A stretch of DNA of 64,000 nt from a virus. The stretch lies in IMG/VR virus record IMGVR_UViG_3300028593_001667. One strand, given 5' to 3'. The notes under the pieces are model-generated. The model made no database searches, was not told where the DNA came from, and worked only from the letters and a program-made list of their open reading frames with translations. Position 1 is the stretch's first letter. The number at the start of each line of letters is the position of its first letter. This document shows, piece by piece, positions 45,517 to 54,638 of this stretch. The position numbers and the translations under genes were made by a program.

Positions 45517-46167
45517 ATGGAAACCAGATTCTTACTCGAAGGATACAAAAGAAAAGACCTCGCCAAAGCCCTGGCGGGCATTCTTGAAACGGAAGTGAAC
45601 TACCTAGGCATGCCGTCCATGAGCTACCGCATCGGAAACTCTTTTTTAGAAAAAGACGGCACCTTCATCTGGGGCGTAAACTTCTTAAAAGAGGATGTGG
45701 AGAGGATTGTAAAAGAACTTGAAGCTCAGGGCTTTAAGACCTCAAAAGACAGCTTTACCATCTCGCTTCCCTCGGAGTATTTTTCAACGGAAACCATGCG
45801 AAAGCTGGATCGGATTTTAGAATCCAAGGGTGCTCTTATCAAAAAGGCGTTAAACGCTGACAGAACGGTTGCACTTAGAGAAATTGAAACCGTGGATTTT
45901 CCCTGGTTTGACCGAGTTCTTGATGCCGATGAAGCAAGGATTTATACGGAATTTGTGTCAAAACTCTGCCGGATGGCCAAAGAGCAAAAAAGAGTTCTGG
46001 AGCGAGAAACCGTGACGGACAACGAAAAATACAGTTTCCGCTGCTTTCTCTTAAGGCTCGGCTACATCGGAGACGAGTACAAGGAAGCAAGAAAGATGCT
46101 CTTGAAGCACCTACGCGGTTCTTCTTCTCATCGATATTCCAAGGAGGAAGCTCATGAGAACGCTTAA
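45517..46167 (+). CDS. Conserved phage protein (often labelled 'virulence-related')
   Basis: YLGMPSMSY, FPWF, DNEKYSFRCFLLRLGYIGDEYKEARKMLL. Confidence 0.75.
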   Translation: METRFLLEGYKRKDLAKALAGILETEVNYLGMPSMSYRIGNSFLEKDGTFIWGVNFLKEDVERIVKELEAQGFKTSKDSFTISLPSEYFSTETMRKLDRILESKGALIKKALNADRTVALREIETVDFPWFDRVLDADEARIYTEFVSKLCRMAKEQKRVLERETVTDNEKYSFRCFLLRLGYIGDEYKEARKMLLKHLRGSSSHRYSKEEAHENA

Positions 46168-46378
46168 TAAATATACCCTTGAGGGTTTAAGACAATCCTA
46201 TCCGAAGGGAGCCAGAGTAGAACTTTTAAAGATGGACGATCCGCAGGCACCTCCTGTCGGAACAAAAGGCACAGTCATTGCCGTGGATGATATCGGCAGC
46301 ATTTTAGTCAACTGGGATAACGGCTCGGGGCTGAATGTCGTCTACGGTGAAGACTTGGTAAGGAGGATTGACCGATGA
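46154..46378 (+). CDS. DUF4314 family protein
   Basis: YPKGARVELLKMDDPQAPPVGTKGTV..VDDIGSILVNWDNGS. Confidence 0.85.
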   Translation: MRTLNKYTLEGLRQSYPKGARVELLKMDDPQAPPVGTKGTVIAVDDIGSILVNWDNGSGLNVVYGEDLVRRIDR

Positions 46379-46569
46379 GCTTAAAAGAACAGATTATAGC
46401 CGTCCGTGACAGCGGAAAGACCAATATGCTGGATAGCCGCACGGTGCAGTACATCGCCAATGAGATGAATTTTTACGAGCTTGTGATTTTCATCGAAGAA
46501 CACCGAGACAAGTACTCAAAGTTTATCTTCACGGGTGATGAGAAATACTTGTCGGTCAGCGACAAATAA
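46375..46569 (+). CDS. DUF5049 family protein
   Basis: EQIIAVRDSGKTNMLD...FYELVIFIEEHRDKYSKFIFTG. Confidence 0.82.
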   Translation: MSLKEQIIAVRDSGKTNMLDSRTVQYIANEMNFYELVIFIEEHRDKYSKFIFTGDEKYLSVSDK

Positions 46570-46572
46570 AGA

Positions 46573-46690
46573 GGTGTATCTTTGTGCAAAATATCCCTGA
46601 AAACCTCGCAAATAAAGGGTTTTAGGACTTGGCTTATTCTTCTTTTAGAGCGAATATGTACGTACAAAAACGAAGGAGGAAAAGACCATG
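46573..46690 (+). repeat. ~118-bp promoter/RBS repeat, copy B
   Basis: Closely matches 45222-45340. Confidence 0.9.
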
Positions 46691-46846
46691 ACAAACAAGG
46701 AACTGAAGAGAAAGACCTTTTTAGAAGCAACGAGACGAAGGAACGAAAAGAAGCGTTTAGAAAGAGAAAAGGATCCTGCCAAAGCAGACTATGAAGACGG
46801 CAAAATCAGCTGGAATGAGTACCTTAAAAGGAGCCTGAAGAAATGA
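46688..46846 (+). CDS. Small basic protein (52 aa, absent from the ORF track)
   Basis: MTNKELKRKTFLEATRRRNEKKRLEREKDPAKADYEDGKISWNEYLKRSLKK; RBS supplied by repeat B; ATGA overlap with the next gene. Confidence 0.72.
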   Translation: MTNKELKRKTFLEATRRRNEKKRLEREKDPAKADYEDGKISWNEYLKRSLKK

Positions 46847-47097
46847 GCGAGTTTACAACGATTGAAAAACAGGCCATGAAGACCAGCCCCTGCTATGGCG
46901 CCATAGTGCAATGGAAAGAGCGGGTTTTTGTAACAGACATGGACCGATACGGCAAATACTCTGCGAAGATTTACGAAATGGTGGATTTGGAAGATGCTCC
47001 GAGCAGGATTGAAGCAAGACTTTCACTGATTAAAGAAGCCGATGAGAGTTTTCCTGACAGCGGTCATGCCATCAAGTGGTGCTTTAAGCAGGATTAA
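46843..47097 (+). CDS. Hypothetical protein (84 aa)
   Basis: Translationally coupled ORF followed by terminator-like hairpins. Confidence 0.7.
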   Translation: MSEFTTIEKQAMKTSPCYGAIVQWKERVFVTDMDRYGKYSAKIYEMVDLEDAPSRIEARLSLIKEADESFPDSGHAIKWCFKQD

Positions 47098-47121
47098 CTA
47101 AAAGAAAAAATAGAAAGCATC

Positions 47122-47172
47122 AGCCCTTAGGGGCTTTTGCTCGTGGTACGGCCTTGAAGGGTCGTTTTTTTA
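47122..47172 (+). terminator. Tandem hairpins closing the small-gene cluster
   Basis: agccc-ttag-gggct-ttt and acggcc-ttgaag-ggtcgt followed by a T-run. Confidence 0.55.
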
Positions 47173-47190
47173 TGCGTAAAGGAGGCTTGG

Positions 47191-48792
47191 ATGCGAAAAC
47201 TAGAACACTACAAACCGACAAAATTTAAGCTTCCCTCCTCCCGTTACGACAAAGATGCGGCAGACCGTGCCGTTACCTTTATCAGTCTTTTGAAACATAC
47301 CAAAGGCGAATGGTACGGCAAACCTTTTGAGCTGATTGACTGGCAGGAACAGATTGTAAGAGACCTCTTCGGCATTTTGAAGCCGAACGGCTATCGGCAG
47401 TTTAATACGGCCTATGTGGAGATTCCTAAGAAGCAAGGCAAGTCTGAACTTGCGGCAGCCATTGCCCTTTACCTTACCTGCGGCGACTTCGAACACGGCG
47501 GTGAGATTTACGGCTGTGCCGCCGACCGCCAGCAGGCATCCATTGTCTTTGATGTGGCGGTGCAGATGGTGGAACAAAACCCTGCGCTGAAAGCCCGCAT
47601 CAAGCCTTTGATCTCACAAAAGCGCCTTATCTATAAGCCTTTAAACAGCTTCTATCAGGTCTTGTCCTCAGAAGCCTATACCAAGCACGGGCTTAACGTT
47701 CACGGTGTGGTCTTTGATGAGCTTCACGCTCAGCCGAACCGTCAGCTCTACGATGTGATGACCAAAGGCTCTGGCGATGCGAGAAAACAGCCACTCTATT
47801 TTCTGATTACAACAGCAGGAACAGACAGGCACTCCATCTGCTGGGAAGTCCATCAAAAGGCGGAAGATATCCTTGCAGGAAGAAAACGGGATCCGAGCTT
47901 TTATCCTGTCATCTTCGGAGCGGACGAGGAGGAAGACTGGACGGATGAAGAAGTATGGAAAAAGGCCAATCCTTCTCTTGGCATTACCGTCGATATTGAA
48001 AAATTAAGGACCGCCTGCAACAGTGCAAGACAGAACCCGGCGGAAGAAAATATCTTCCGTCAATTAAGGCTTAATCAATGGGTGAAGCAATCCGTCCGCT
48101 GGATGCCGATGGAAAAGTGGGATGCCTGCACCATAGCAGTTGATGAGACAAAACTCGAAGGCCGCGTCTGTTACGGCGGGCTTGACCTCTCAAGCACCAC
48201 AGACCTGACGGCCTTTGTCCTGGTCTTTCCTCCGGAAACGGAAGACGAGCCCTATTTCGTTCTTCCCTTTTTCTGGATACCGGAAGAAAATATCTCGCTT
48301 CGGGTCAGCAGAGACCATGTGCCCTATGACATCTGGGAAAAAGAAGGCTTTCTTCTCACGACCGAAGGAAATGTCGTGCATTACGGCTTTATCGAACAGT
48401 TTATTGAAGACCTCGGTACGAAGTACAACATCAAAGAGATCGCCTTTGACCGCTGGGGTGCGGTGCAGATGAGTCAGAACCTTATGGATATGGGCTTTAC
48501 CGTCGTTCCCTTCGGCCAGGGCTACAAGGACATGAGCCCTCCGACCAAGGAGCTGATGAAGCTGGTCTTGGAAGAAAAACTTGCTCACGGAGGACATCCT
48601 GTCCTTCGCTGGTGCGTGGATAATATTTTCGTAAGAACTGACCCGGCAGGCAACATTAAGCCGGACAAGGAAAAATCGACCGAGCGGATTGACGGAGCGG
48701 TGGCGCTTATCATGGCGCTTGACCGGGCGATCCGAAATCAGGGAAGCGACCTCGGCTCTGTATACGATGAGCGGGGCTTGCTGCTCTTTTAG
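47191..48792 (+). CDS. Terminase large subunit
   Basis: EIPKKQGKSELAA, FDELH, ITTAG, GGLDLS, IDGAVA. Confidence 0.95.
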   Translation: MRKLEHYKPTKFKLPSSRYDKDAADRAVTFISLLKHTKGEWYGKPFELIDWQEQIVRDLFGILKPNGYRQFNTAYVEIPKKQGKSELAAAIALYLTCGDFEHGGEIYGCAADRQQASIVFDVAVQMVEQNPALKARIKPLISQKRLIYKPLNSFYQVLSSEAYTKHGLNVHGVVFDELHAQPNRQLYDVMTKGSGDARKQPLYFLITTAGTDRHSICWEVHQKAEDILAGRKRDPSFYPVIFGADEEEDWTDEEVWKKANPSLGITVDIEKLRTACNSARQNPAEENIFRQLRLNQWVKQSVRWMPMEKWDACTIAVDETKLEGRVCYGGLDLSSTTDLTAFVLVFPPETEDEPYFVLPFFWIPEENISLRVSRDHVPYDIWEKEGFLLTTEGNVVHYGFIEQFIEDLGTKYNIKEIAFDRWGAVQMSQNLMDMGFTVVPFGQGYKDMSPPTKELMKLVLEEKLAHGGHPVLRWCVDNIFVRTDPAGNIKPDKEKSTERIDGAVALIMALDRAIRNQGSDLGSVYDERGLLLF

Positions 48793-48815
48793 AAACGATA
48801 AGGAGGTGATGTCCT

Positions 48816-50042
48816 CTGGGACTTTTAAAGAACCTATTCAAAAGCAGGGATAAACCGGAGCTGACCAAACCGTCGGTGTTCCGGTTTTTCTTTGCTCCGT
48901 CTTCTTCCGGAAAACAGGTGACGGAGAAAAATGCCATGCAATCGGCGGCGGTTTATGCCTGTGTCAGAGTAATTGCAGAGACTGTTGCAAGTCTGCCCTT
49001 GCATCTTTACCGACATGTCGAGGAAGGAAAAAGGCGGGATACACTCCATCCCTTGTATTTTCTCCTGCACGACAGCCCCAATCCGGAAATGACATCCTTC
49101 ATCTTCCGGGAAACCCTGATGACCCATCTTCTTTTATGGGGCAATGCCTATGCCCAGATTGTAAGAAACGGGCACGGCGAAATCATCGGGCTTTATCCTT
49201 TGATGCCGGACAAGATGCAGGTCAGCCGGGCGGAGACGGACGAACTCATCTACCTTTACCAAAGCGGGATGAAAAACATTGCCTTTCGAAGAGAAGAAAT
49301 TCTTCATATCCCGGGGCTTGGCTTTGACGGACTGCTGGGCTACTCACCGATTGCGATGGCACGAAACGCTATCGGCATGTCGATGGCAACCGAGGAGTTC
49401 GGTGCGAGTTTCTTTCAAAACGGGGCCGCTCCTGGCGGTATTTTGGAGCATCCGGGAACCCTTAAAGACCCGTCCAAGGTGAGAGAAAGCTGGAACGAGC
49501 TTTTTAAGGGCTCGGGAAACGCCAATAAAGTCGCTGTCTTGGAAGAAGGCATGACCTATAAGCAGATTGGGATTCCGCCAAATGAAGCACAGTTTCTTGA
49601 GACAAGAAAGTATCAGACGGAAGAAATTTGCCGTATCTACCGAGTGCCGCCACACCTAGTGGCAGACCTCGATAAGGCGACTTTTTCTAATATCGAACAC
49701 CAGTCCATCAGCTTTGTCGTTCACACGATAAGGCCCTGGCTGGTACGGCTTGAGCAGGCCATGAACAAGGCTCTTTTATATCCCGCTGAAAGGCAGCGTT
49801 ATTTCATTGAGTTCAATGTCGACGGGCTTTTAAGGGGCGACTATGAAAGCCGAATGAGGGGCTATGCAACGGCAAGGCAAAACGGCTGGATGAGTGCCAA
49901 CGACATCAGGCGGCTTGAAAACATGAATCTCATACCAAAAGAAGAAGGAGGCGATCTGTACTTGATCAACGGCAACATGACGAAACTTGAAGATGCCGGC
50001 ATCTTTTCCGGCAAGGAGGTGAAAAGCGATGGAGAAACGTAA
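48816..50042 (+). CDS. HK97-family portal protein (probable CTG start)
   Basis: AVYACVRVIAETVASLPL, WGNAY, FSNIEHQS; AGGAGGT RBS 8 nt before an in-frame CTG at 48816. Confidence 0.92.
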   Translation: MGLLKNLFKSRDKPELTKPSVFRFFFAPSSSGKQVTEKNAMQSAAVYACVRVIAETVASLPLHLYRHVEEGKRRDTLHPLYFLLHDSPNPEMTSFIFRETLMTHLLLWGNAYAQIVRNGHGEIIGLYPLMPDKMQVSRAETDELIYLYQSGMKNIAFRREEILHIPGLGFDGLLGYSPIAMARNAIGMSMATEEFGASFFQNGAAPGGILEHPGTLKDPSKVRESWNELFKGSGNANKVAVLEEGMTYKQIGIPPNEAQFLETRKYQTEEICRIYRVPPHLVADLDKATFSNIEHQSISFVVHTIRPWLVRLEQAMNKALLYPAERQRYFIEFNVDGLLRGDYESRMRGYATARQNGWMSANDIRRLENMNLIPKEEGGDLYLINGNMTKLEDAGIFSGKEVKSDGET

Positions 50043-50793
50043 ATTCTGGGTCTTTCAAAGAGGAGATCCAAAGGAAGAAACCATCCTGAGACTGGACGGT
50101 CCGATTGCAAAAGAGAGCTGGTTTGGCGATGAAGTCACACCGGCTCTTTTCTTATCGGAGCTGGAAAGTCATCCAGGGGATATGACGGTGTGGATTAATT
50201 CACCCGGCGGCGATGTCTTTGCGGCATCACAGATCTACACCATGCTCATGGATCACAAAGGCAAAATCACGGTGAAAATCGAGGGCATTGCCGCTTCTGC
50301 CGCTTCCGTCATTGCGATGGCGGGCGGTGAGGTGTTGATGAGTCCTTCTTCCATGATGATGATTCACAATCCCGAAACTTCCGCCTACGGCTGGAAAGAC
50401 GAGATGGAAAAGGCACTGGACATCTTGGACGAAGTCAAAGAATCCATCATTAACGCCTATGAACTAAAAACCGGGCTTTCCAGGCATAAAATCTCTCGCC
50501 TGATGGATGACGAGACTTGGATGAATGCAAAGAAGGCAAAGGAACTCGGCTTTTGTGATCGCCTTCTTTTCACCGGCGACGACGAAGAGGAGGAAGCGGA
50601 TGAAGAAGCTCAGGAAGGTATGGCTTTTGCCGCAAGAAAGATGATGAGCACGGTCTTAAACAAGATCAGTGCCGATGCGGTTTTAGCAAAGAAAGAGGAA
50701 GAAGCGGGATCCGATGAAAAAGCGGACAACTTGGAAGAAACAGGTACGAAATACAAAGAGCTTACAAAACGGCTCGAACTTTTACGTCATTAA
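50029..50793 (+). CDS. ClpP-like head maturation protease
   Basis: INSPGGDVF, AASAASVIAMAG, MIHNP, ETWM. Confidence 0.93.
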   Translation: MEKRKFWVFQRGDPKEETILRLDGPIAKESWFGDEVTPALFLSELESHPGDMTVWINSPGGDVFAASQIYTMLMDHKGKITVKIEGIAASAASVIAMAGGEVLMSPSSMMMIHNPETSAYGWKDEMEKALDILDEVKESIINAYELKTGLSRHKISRLMDDETWMNAKKAKELGFCDRLLFTGDDEEEEADEEAQEGMAFAARKMMSTVLNKISADAVLAKKEEEAGSDEKADNLEETGTKYKELTKRLELLRH

Positions 50794-50806
50794 GGAGGAC
50801 GAAGAA

Positions 50807-52003
50807 ATGAACAAAATTCAGGAACTGAGAAACAAGCGCCTTGAAACCTGGGAAAAGGCCAAGACCTTTTTAGAGGACAAGCGAGACGAGAAAGGCATCG
50901 TCTCAGCAGAAGACACGGCGGCTTACGAAAAGATGGAAGAGGAAGTTGTAGACCTCGGAAAAGAAATCGACAGGCTCGAACGCCAAAGAGACATGGACAT
51001 GAAGCTTGGTGAAGCGATCAGCCGACCGGTGGTGGGAAATCCCGTGCAGGACAAAGAGGACAAGACCGGCAGAGGAAGTGACGCTTATCAAAGGGACTTC
51101 TGGAACCTTATGCGCAAGAAAAACGCCCCTGTTACCAATGCCCTGCAGGTCGGCACCGACTCCGAGGGCGGTTATCTGGCCCCGGATGAGTTTGAAAGAA
51201 CTCTGGTAGAAGCCCTGGAAGAAGAAAACATCTTCAGACAGCTTGCTCATGTCATCCAGACTTCCTCCGGTGACCGCAAAATCCCTGTTGTTGCGACGAA
51301 AGGCACAGCCAGCTGGGTGGATGAGGAAGCGGCTATCCCGGAATCCGATCCCGCCTTCGGTCAGGTCTCCATCAGTGCCTATAAGCTGGCGACCATGCTG
51401 AAAGTCTCCGAAGAGCTCTTAAACGACTCGGTCTTTGACCTGGAAAGCTATATTGCGAAAGAGTTCGGAAGACGCATGGGCTCTAAAGAAGAGGAGGCCT
51501 TCCTCATCGGTGACGGTGTGGGCAAGCCTGTAGGCGTTTTCCAAACTACGGGCGGAGGCGAAGTAGGCGTTACAGCCGCTTCGGACAAGGCAGTGACAGC
51601 CGATGAGCTGATTGACCTCTTCTATTCGCTTCGTGCGCCGTACAGGAAAAATGCCGTCTTCATCATGAACGATGCGACGGTGAAGCTCATTCGAAAGCTG
51701 AAAGACACGACCGGGCAGTATCTCTGGCAGCCGGCACTCACGGCAGGTACGCCGGATACCATCCTCAATCGTCCGGTCTATACGTCAAGCTTTGTGCCCT
51801 TAGCGGAAGCGGGAGCTCTTGCGATTGCTTTCGGCGACTTCTCCTATTACTGGATTGCCGATCGTCAAGGCAGGTCTTTCCAAAGATTAAACGAGCTTTT
51901 TGCCGCGACGGGTCAAGTCGGCTTTAAGGCGACACAGCGCGTGGACGGAAAACTCATCTTGCCTGAGAGCGTGAAGCTTTTGCAGATGAAGGCCGGCGTA
52001 TAA
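50807..52003 (+). CDS. Major capsid protein (HK97 family)
   Basis: N-terminal coiled-coil delta domain, EGGYLAPDEF, FGDFSYY, RVDG. Confidence 0.95.
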   Translation: MNKIQELRNKRLETWEKAKTFLEDKRDEKGIVSAEDTAAYEKMEEEVVDLGKEIDRLERQRDMDMKLGEAISRPVVGNPVQDKEDKTGRGSDAYQRDFWNLMRKKNAPVTNALQVGTDSEGGYLAPDEFERTLVEALEEENIFRQLAHVIQTSSGDRKIPVVATKGTASWVDEEAAIPESDPAFGQVSISAYKLATMLKVSEELLNDSVFDLESYIAKEFGRRMGSKEEEAFLIGDGVGKPVGVFQTTGGGEVGVTAASDKAVTADELIDLFYSLRAPYRKNAVFIMNDATVKLIRKLKDTTGQYLWQPALTAGTPDTILNRPVYTSSFVPLAEAGALAIAFGDFSYYWIADRQGRSFQRLNELFAATGQVGFKATQRVDGKLILPESVKLLQMKAGV

Positions 52004-52014
52004 GGAGGATAAGG

Positions 52015-52332
52015 ATGAACGCAGAGGATCTTCTTTATCCGTTAAAAGAAAATCTGGTGGTGGAGCATGATGCGGACGATCCCCTCATGCTCCGCTGCCT
52101 TTCCTCTGCGATTTCCTATGCAGAGGGATACCAGAAAAAAGGGCCGGATTACTATCTGAAAAACCCGATGACGGAGAGTACCAAGCAGGCTGTGATCGTC
52201 CTTGCAAGTTTCTTCTATGAATCAAGGGACGGTTCAACGGCCGGCTTCTTTTCCGATTCTCCTGAAGCCGCAAGGCAGGTCTGGGAGACGGTTAAAACTC
52301 TTCTTCAGGGCGATAAGGATGTGATCCTATGA
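52015..52332 (+). CDS. Head-tail connector (gp6-like)
   Basis: LKENLVVEHDADD, FYESRD; follows the capsid gene. Confidence 0.85.
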   Translation: MNAEDLLYPLKENLVVEHDADDPLMLRCLSSAISYAEGYQKKGPDYYLKNPMTESTKQAVIVLASFFYESRDGSTAGFFSDSPEAARQVWETVKTLLQGDKDVIL

Positions 52333-52673
52333 GCATTAAACTAAATCACTTCATTGAGCTTTTTCGTGTGGAGCAGGAAACGGATCCGGACGGCTTTCCG
52401 GTGGAGCGAGATGTCTTTCTTGCAAGTGTCAGAGCCTACCGGGAAGACCGCTACGGGAGCGAGACCTGGAAGAATCGAAGTCTTTTTTCGACAGCAACGA
52501 CGCTTTTTAGAATCAGGCGGGTTCCCGGCATCACACTTGATACCCGATGCGTCGTGGTAACGGAAGACGGCAGGCACAACATCCTCTCCGTGGAAGACAT
52601 CCGAAGAAAAGGGCTCTATTGGGAGATTTTGGCTGAAAGAGTCGATACGGAAGGGGTGGTAAAGGATGGCTAA
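52329..52673 (+). CDS. Head closure / head-tail adaptor
   Basis: Gene position; DPDGF and LFRIR motifs. Confidence 0.82.
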   Translation: MSIKLNHFIELFRVEQETDPDGFPVERDVFLASVRAYREDRYGSETWKNRSLFSTATTLFRIRRVPGITLDTRCVVVTEDGRHNILSVEDIRRKGLYWEILAERVDTEGVVKDG

Positions 52674-53097
52674 GTGCGAAATGAAAATGCCGGATGAGTT
52701 CTTGGATAAGCTCTCGAAACTCGGTGACCGTTTTGATAAAGCCGCTCCTAAGATCTTACAAAGCGGCGGCAAGGTCGTGCTCTCGGCGATGAAAACAAAC
52801 CTTGAAGGCCGGATCGGAAAAGATACCAAGTACCCTTCCCGCTCCAAGGGCGACCTTTTAAGAAGCCTTGGCATCACCCCGGCTTTGCAGGATCGAAACG
52901 GCGAGTGGAATATCCGGGTGGGTGTCGGAGATTCCAAAGACCGTGAGGGTGTGCCGAATGCACTGAAAGCCCAGGTCTTGGAGTACGGAAAGTCCGGTCA
53001 GAAGGCAAAGCCCTGGATGAAGCCTGCCAGACGAAAGGCAAGAAAGCCTGCTATCCATGCGATGGAAGAGACGCTGAAAAGGGAGCTTGACATATGA
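52666..53097 (+). CDS. HK97 gp10-like tail component
   Basis: LEYGKSGQKAKPWMKPA. Confidence 0.85.
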   Translation: MAKCEMKMPDEFLDKLSKLGDRFDKAAPKILQSGGKVVLSAMKTNLEGRIGKDTKYPSRSKGDLLRSLGITPALQDRNGEWNIRVGVGDSKDREGVPNALKAQVLEYGKSGQKAKPWMKPARRKARKPAIHAMEETLKRELDI

Positions 53098-53429
53098 GTG
53101 CATTAGCGGAACTGAAAAAAATAGCAGAAGAGTTAGGACTTTCGTCAGGAGCCGTTTCTTTTGAAAAGAAGGCACCGGAAACCTACCTCGTCTTTACACC
53201 GCTTTATGATGACTTGTTACTCTATGCCGACAACAGACCGTTAGTGGAGACGGAGGAAGTCCGCATCTCACTATTCAGCAAGGAAAACTATCTTCTTTGG
53301 AAAAGACGGTTGACGGACATCTTGCTGGAGCAGGACTTCATCATCACGGAGCGGAGGTTTTTAGAACTTGAAGAAGACACAGGATACTACCATTACAGCC
53401 TGGACGTGGCGAAAGAATACGTCAGATAA
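53094..53429 (+). CDS. Putative tail terminator protein
   Basis: Located before the major tail gene; EEDTGYYHY motif. Confidence 0.72.
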   Translation: MSALAELKKIAEELGLSSGAVSFEKKAPETYLVFTPLYDDLLLYADNRPLVETEEVRISLFSKENYLLWKRRLTDILLEQDFIITERRFLELEEDTGYYHYSLDVAKEYVR

Positions 53430-53442
53430 GGAGGAATGAACT

Positions 53443-54036
53443 ATGGCAACGATAGGCCTGGACAAATTATATTATGCAAAAATTACGGAGGATGCTTCCG
53501 GCATGGAAACCTACGACACGCCCGTACAGCTGGCAAAAGCCATCACGGCGGAGCTGTCGGTGGAACTTGCGGAAGCGATCCTTTACGCCGATGACGGTGC
53601 ATCGGAGATTGTAAAAGAGTTTAAAACAGGGACGCTCTCCCTCGGTGTGGATGACATTGGAAGTCAGGCGGCATCCGATCTTACGGGAGCTGTCATCGAC
53701 ACAAACAAAGTCCTGATTTCCTCGTCTGAAGACGGGGGACTTCCTGTCGCTATCGGTTTCCGCGCAAAGAAATCAAACGGCAATTATCGTTATTTCTGGC
53801 TTTACCGAGTGAAATTCGGCATACCCGCTACAAACCTTGAAACAAAGGGCGACTCGATCACCTTTTCCACACCGACCATTGAAGGCACGATCATGCGAAG
53901 AAACAAGGCGGACGCTGAAGGAAGACACCCCTGGAAGGCGGAAGTGACGGAAGGTGATGAAGGGGTAGCCCCTGAAGTCATCACGGGCTGGTACACCTCC
54001 GTCTATGAGCCGGTCTTTACGCCGATTGCCCCATAA
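53443..54036 (+). CDS. Major tail protein (phi13 family)
   Basis: MATIGLDKLYYAKI, LYADDG, YFWLYRVKF. Confidence 0.9.
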   Translation: MATIGLDKLYYAKITEDASGMETYDTPVQLAKAITAELSVELAEAILYADDGASEIVKEFKTGTLSLGVDDIGSQAASDLTGAVIDTNKVLISSSEDGGLPVAIGFRAKKSNGNYRYFWLYRVKFGIPATNLETKGDSITFSTPTIEGTIMRRNKADAEGRHPWKAEVTEGDEGVAPEVITGWYTSVYEPVFTPIAP

Positions 54037-54049
54037 GGAGGATGCTTAT

Positions 54050-54433
54050 ATGTATCAGGAATATATGACAAAGATTAAAGTCGGTGAAAAAGAGTATGAG
54101 CTCCTTCTCACGACCAGGGCGACCAAAGAAATCGCAGGGCGCTACGGCGGTCTTGAAAACTTAGGCGACAAGCTCATGAAGGCGGAGAACTTCGAGATGG
54201 CTTTGGGAGAGATTGTCTGGCTGATTACGCTGCTTGCCAATCAGCCGATCCTAATCCATAACCTGAAAAACAAGAACGACACAAAAGAGCTTCTCACCGA
54301 GGAGGAAGTGGAGCTTTTGACCTCTCCTTTGGATCTAGCGGAATACAAAGATGCCATTACGGACGCTCTTTTGAAGGCGACCAAGCGAAATATTGAAAGC
54401 GAGACGGACTCAAAAAACCCGGAAGCCGGGTAA
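54050..54433 (+). CDS. Tail assembly chaperone (gpG-like)
   Basis: Between major tail and tape measure genes; ends in a slippery A AAA AAC. Confidence 0.85.
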   Translation: MYQEYMTKIKVGEKEYELLLTTRATKEIAGRYGGLENLGDKLMKAENFEMALGEIVWLITLLANQPILIHNLKNKNDTKELLTEEEVELLTSPLDLAEYKDAITDALLKATKRNIESETDSKNPEAG

Positions 54434-54621
54434 GCGACGAAGCACTATTTACCCGGCTTTTGTATTTCGGGCTGAGCCGGCTTTATCTTTCTCAGGATGA
54501 AGTCTGGCTCATGCCCTTTTCTTTGCTCTTAGACCTTATTGAATGTGACAGACAGTATCGCGGGCTTTCCAAACCGAAGCAGGAGCTTTTGATTGATGAC
54601 GTGATCCCCTATGGAATTTGA
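54412..54621 (+). CDS. gpT-like extension produced by -1 frameshift
   Basis: The -1 frame is open from the slippery site to TGA 54619-54621 (…FTRLLYFG…EVWLMPFSLLLDL…IDDVIPYGI) and has no clear start of its own. Confidence 0.78.
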   Translation, partial: KKPGSRVSDEALFTRLLYFGLSRLYLSQDEVWLMPFSLLLDLIECDRQYRGLSKPKQELLIDDVIPYGI

Positions 54622-54638
54622 TAGAAAGGAGGCAGCTC

